In this document: positions 59,636-61,132 of the stretch, piece after piece
Layout: every line of letters begins with the position of its first letter
Position numbering within the stretch: the first letter of the stretch is position 1
Made by a program: the position numbers and the translations under genes
DNA from: Halomonas sp.
GTDB lineage: Bacteria > Pseudomonadota > Gammaproteobacteria > Pseudomonadales > Halomonadaceae
Direction: 5' to 3'
Assembly: GCF_041689495.1 (NCBI RefSeq)
Contig: NZ_JBDNGD010000196.1
Span: 1 to 61,132, forward strand
DNA length: 61,132 nt
The notes under the pieces: model-generated
Databases searched by the model: none
What the model was told of the DNA's origin: nothing
Seen by the model: the letters and a program-made list of their open reading frames with translations, nothing else

Positions 59636-60120
59636 GAGGGCAGTGATGAAGCGCGTCACCCCGCGCGCCTATTCATCGGCCCTTACCCGAGGTCGGAATC
59701 CCCCACCTCCCCTGACTCCTTCTCAAAGGTCACTACCTTTAAGAGCGGTCGGGTATTCGGATTACGTGAGGGAGCTTCCCTCGATAGGTTGTGTCCCGCC
59801 GTCGTTCCGGTAGGGCTTTTCACGGGGCGGTGGTAAACCGCCCCAATTCACTTGGAGGTAGCCGAGGTACCCGGCTTGGCGAAAGTATTGGAGCAATGAC
59901 TCCACGAAGGGGTTCGAGGCCCCAGCCTCCACTCCCGCCTAAGAGGGGCGGGTTCCTAACTGCAAGTCGCACATGGCAAGGTACTACGCTACCATAGGTC
60001 GTGCCTCATGCACCAGCCCGGCTTACAACCGGGCTGAAAGCTCTCAATGGTTGAAGGTGTGGTTCGATTCCCACCGAGAGCGTCTGGTCGGCGCGTTGTA
60101 GTGTCGCGCCGACAGCCTCA
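59636..60120 (+). ncRNA. Structured non-coding cluster including two tRNA-like elements (59853-59931, 60040-60081)
   Basis: Multiple hairpins, TTCGA T-loops, no credible ORF. Confidence 0.5.
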
Positions 60121-60142
60121 CCTGCGAAACGCTACACACACC

Positions 60143-60628
60143 ATGAGCCTTACAGCCTACCTTTTCGGCGTCGGCGCATCGCTTGCCGCTCCCTTCTTCA
60201 CGAAGGATGAACCACGAACCCTCGGAGCAGATGACGTGCAGGCAGCCATCAACGAGATGAACGACATCACGGAGCGTGATTTCATCGCCACGCTCGGTGA
60301 ACCAGAACTCCGAGACTACGGTGGCTTCTTTCAGGACGACTGGAAAGTCATCGTTCCGGTCACTGCGAGCGACTACGCCGACCCCGGCCCACTGGTCTTC
60401 GACCTGCCGCGCGGCGTCTCGGACGACGATTCGCTGCTCTACCGCCTGATGGACGTGACGGGTGCAGATACCGTCCACGACATCGAGGGAACCGAAGTCC
60501 CGATGGAAGTCGTCGGCGGTAACACGATGGTCTTCTGGGATGCGTTGGCTGCTCCGAGCGAAGAGAGCAAGTTCGTGCCTGAAGACGAACAGGAGTCCGA
60601 TGAGGCCGGCGACCCGAACGATGACTGA
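60143..60628 (+). CDS. Acidic hypothetical protein with hydrophobic N-terminus
   Basis: ACACACACC leader before the ATG. Confidence 0.6.
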   Translation: MSLTAYLFGVGASLAAPFFTKDEPRTLGADDVQAAINEMNDITERDFIATLGEPELRDYGGFFQDDWKVIVPVTASDYADPGPLVFDLPRGVSDDDSLLYRLMDVTGADTVHDIEGTEVPMEVVGGNTMVFWDALAAPSEESKFVPEDEQESDEAGDPNDD

Positions 60629-60764
60629 ATGTAGGTGCAGGCCATGTTGCGCGCGTTGTTTGTGCGCGTGCTATCGCGCGAGCATTCCCACGTGCGGGCG
60701 CGCGGAGGGGGTGACCCTCTAAGGGATACCCTCGGTAGCAACCCTCCGTTCAACCACTAAGGGT

Positions 60765-60925
60765 TTAGAGAACGGTACTGAACACCGGGCTCATCGAGTT
60801 ACTACCCTCGTGGTTAGAGAACGGTACTACACCTCGTGGTTAGAGAACGGTACTACACCTCGTGGTTAGAGAACGGTACTGAACACCGGGCTCATCGAGT
60901 TACTACCCTCGTGTCTAGAGAACGT
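60765..60925. repeat. Iteron-like direct repeats (five TAGAGAACG cores)
   Basis: Cores at about 60766, 60815, 60841, 60867 and 60916; spacing 49/26/26/49. Confidence 0.9.
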
Positions 60926-60958
60926 ATTCCTGCTGACGCGTTTACCCTCCACCCGTAA

Positions 60959-60998
60959 CCGACACTGGCACCCATCGGGGTTCGAATCCCCGAGTCGG
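60959..60998 (+). ncRNA. tRNA-half-like element
   Basis: CCGAC-ACTGGCACCCA-TCGGGG TTCGAAT CCCCGA-GTCGG. Confidence 0.55.
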
Positions 60999-61132
60999 CT
61001 TCTGCGGCCTACTCCACCCGCAGACCACTCGAACGTGTCACCGCGATTTCTACCGAAGGGATTAAGGTGTCACGCATAGAGTGTTAGAGTAGGCAATCCC
61101 CAGCAGCGGGGAGCGCCTATCGAACGATGGAG

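Noticed and set aside
59853-59931. Canonical tRNA gene
   Set aside because: It has acceptor-like and T-like arms but no proper 7-nt anticodon loop or canonical spacing, so it is kept only as a tRNA-like element.
60765-60925. CRISPR array
   Set aside because: The intervening sequences are duplicated rather than unique, and the 26-bp period is too short.

Overview
Part of a haloarchaeal tailed virus genome with a myovirus-type contractile tail. The proteome is strongly acidic and the DNA is high-GC. The first ORF is truncated, and I saw no integrase, helicase or primase, so the window is probably not the whole genome. Layout: (i) 1-10.5 kb, + strand, replication and nucleotide genes (metallophosphoesterase, Cas4-like exonuclease, P-loop kinase, family B DNA polymerase). 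(ii) 11-40.7 kb, - strand, a complete virion module (terminases, portal, protease, capsid, neck, sheath, tube, chaperone with a probable +1 frameshift, tape measure, baseplate, fibres) that ends in a radical SAM/SPASM gene set. (iii) 40.7-43.9 kb, largely non-coding, with a possible terminus and a hairpin-dense stretch of about 1.1 kb. (iv) 43.9-57.3 kb, + strand, early/accessory genes separated by tRNA-half-like elements. (v) 57.3-61.1 kb, nucleases, a structured RNA cluster and iteron-like repeats. Most notable: a radical SAM/SPASM enzyme next to a tail-type protein with about 21 aromatic-X-Asp/Asn motifs; a family of acceptor-stem + T-arm 't-elements' ahead of early genes, plus a candidate antisense RNA to their shared leader; a neck gene split by a kinase cassette; a dispersed CCGATGAGGC motif (23 exact copies found by eye); and two genes each broken by one in-frame stop. 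All calls come from reading motifs by eye. No database searches were run.
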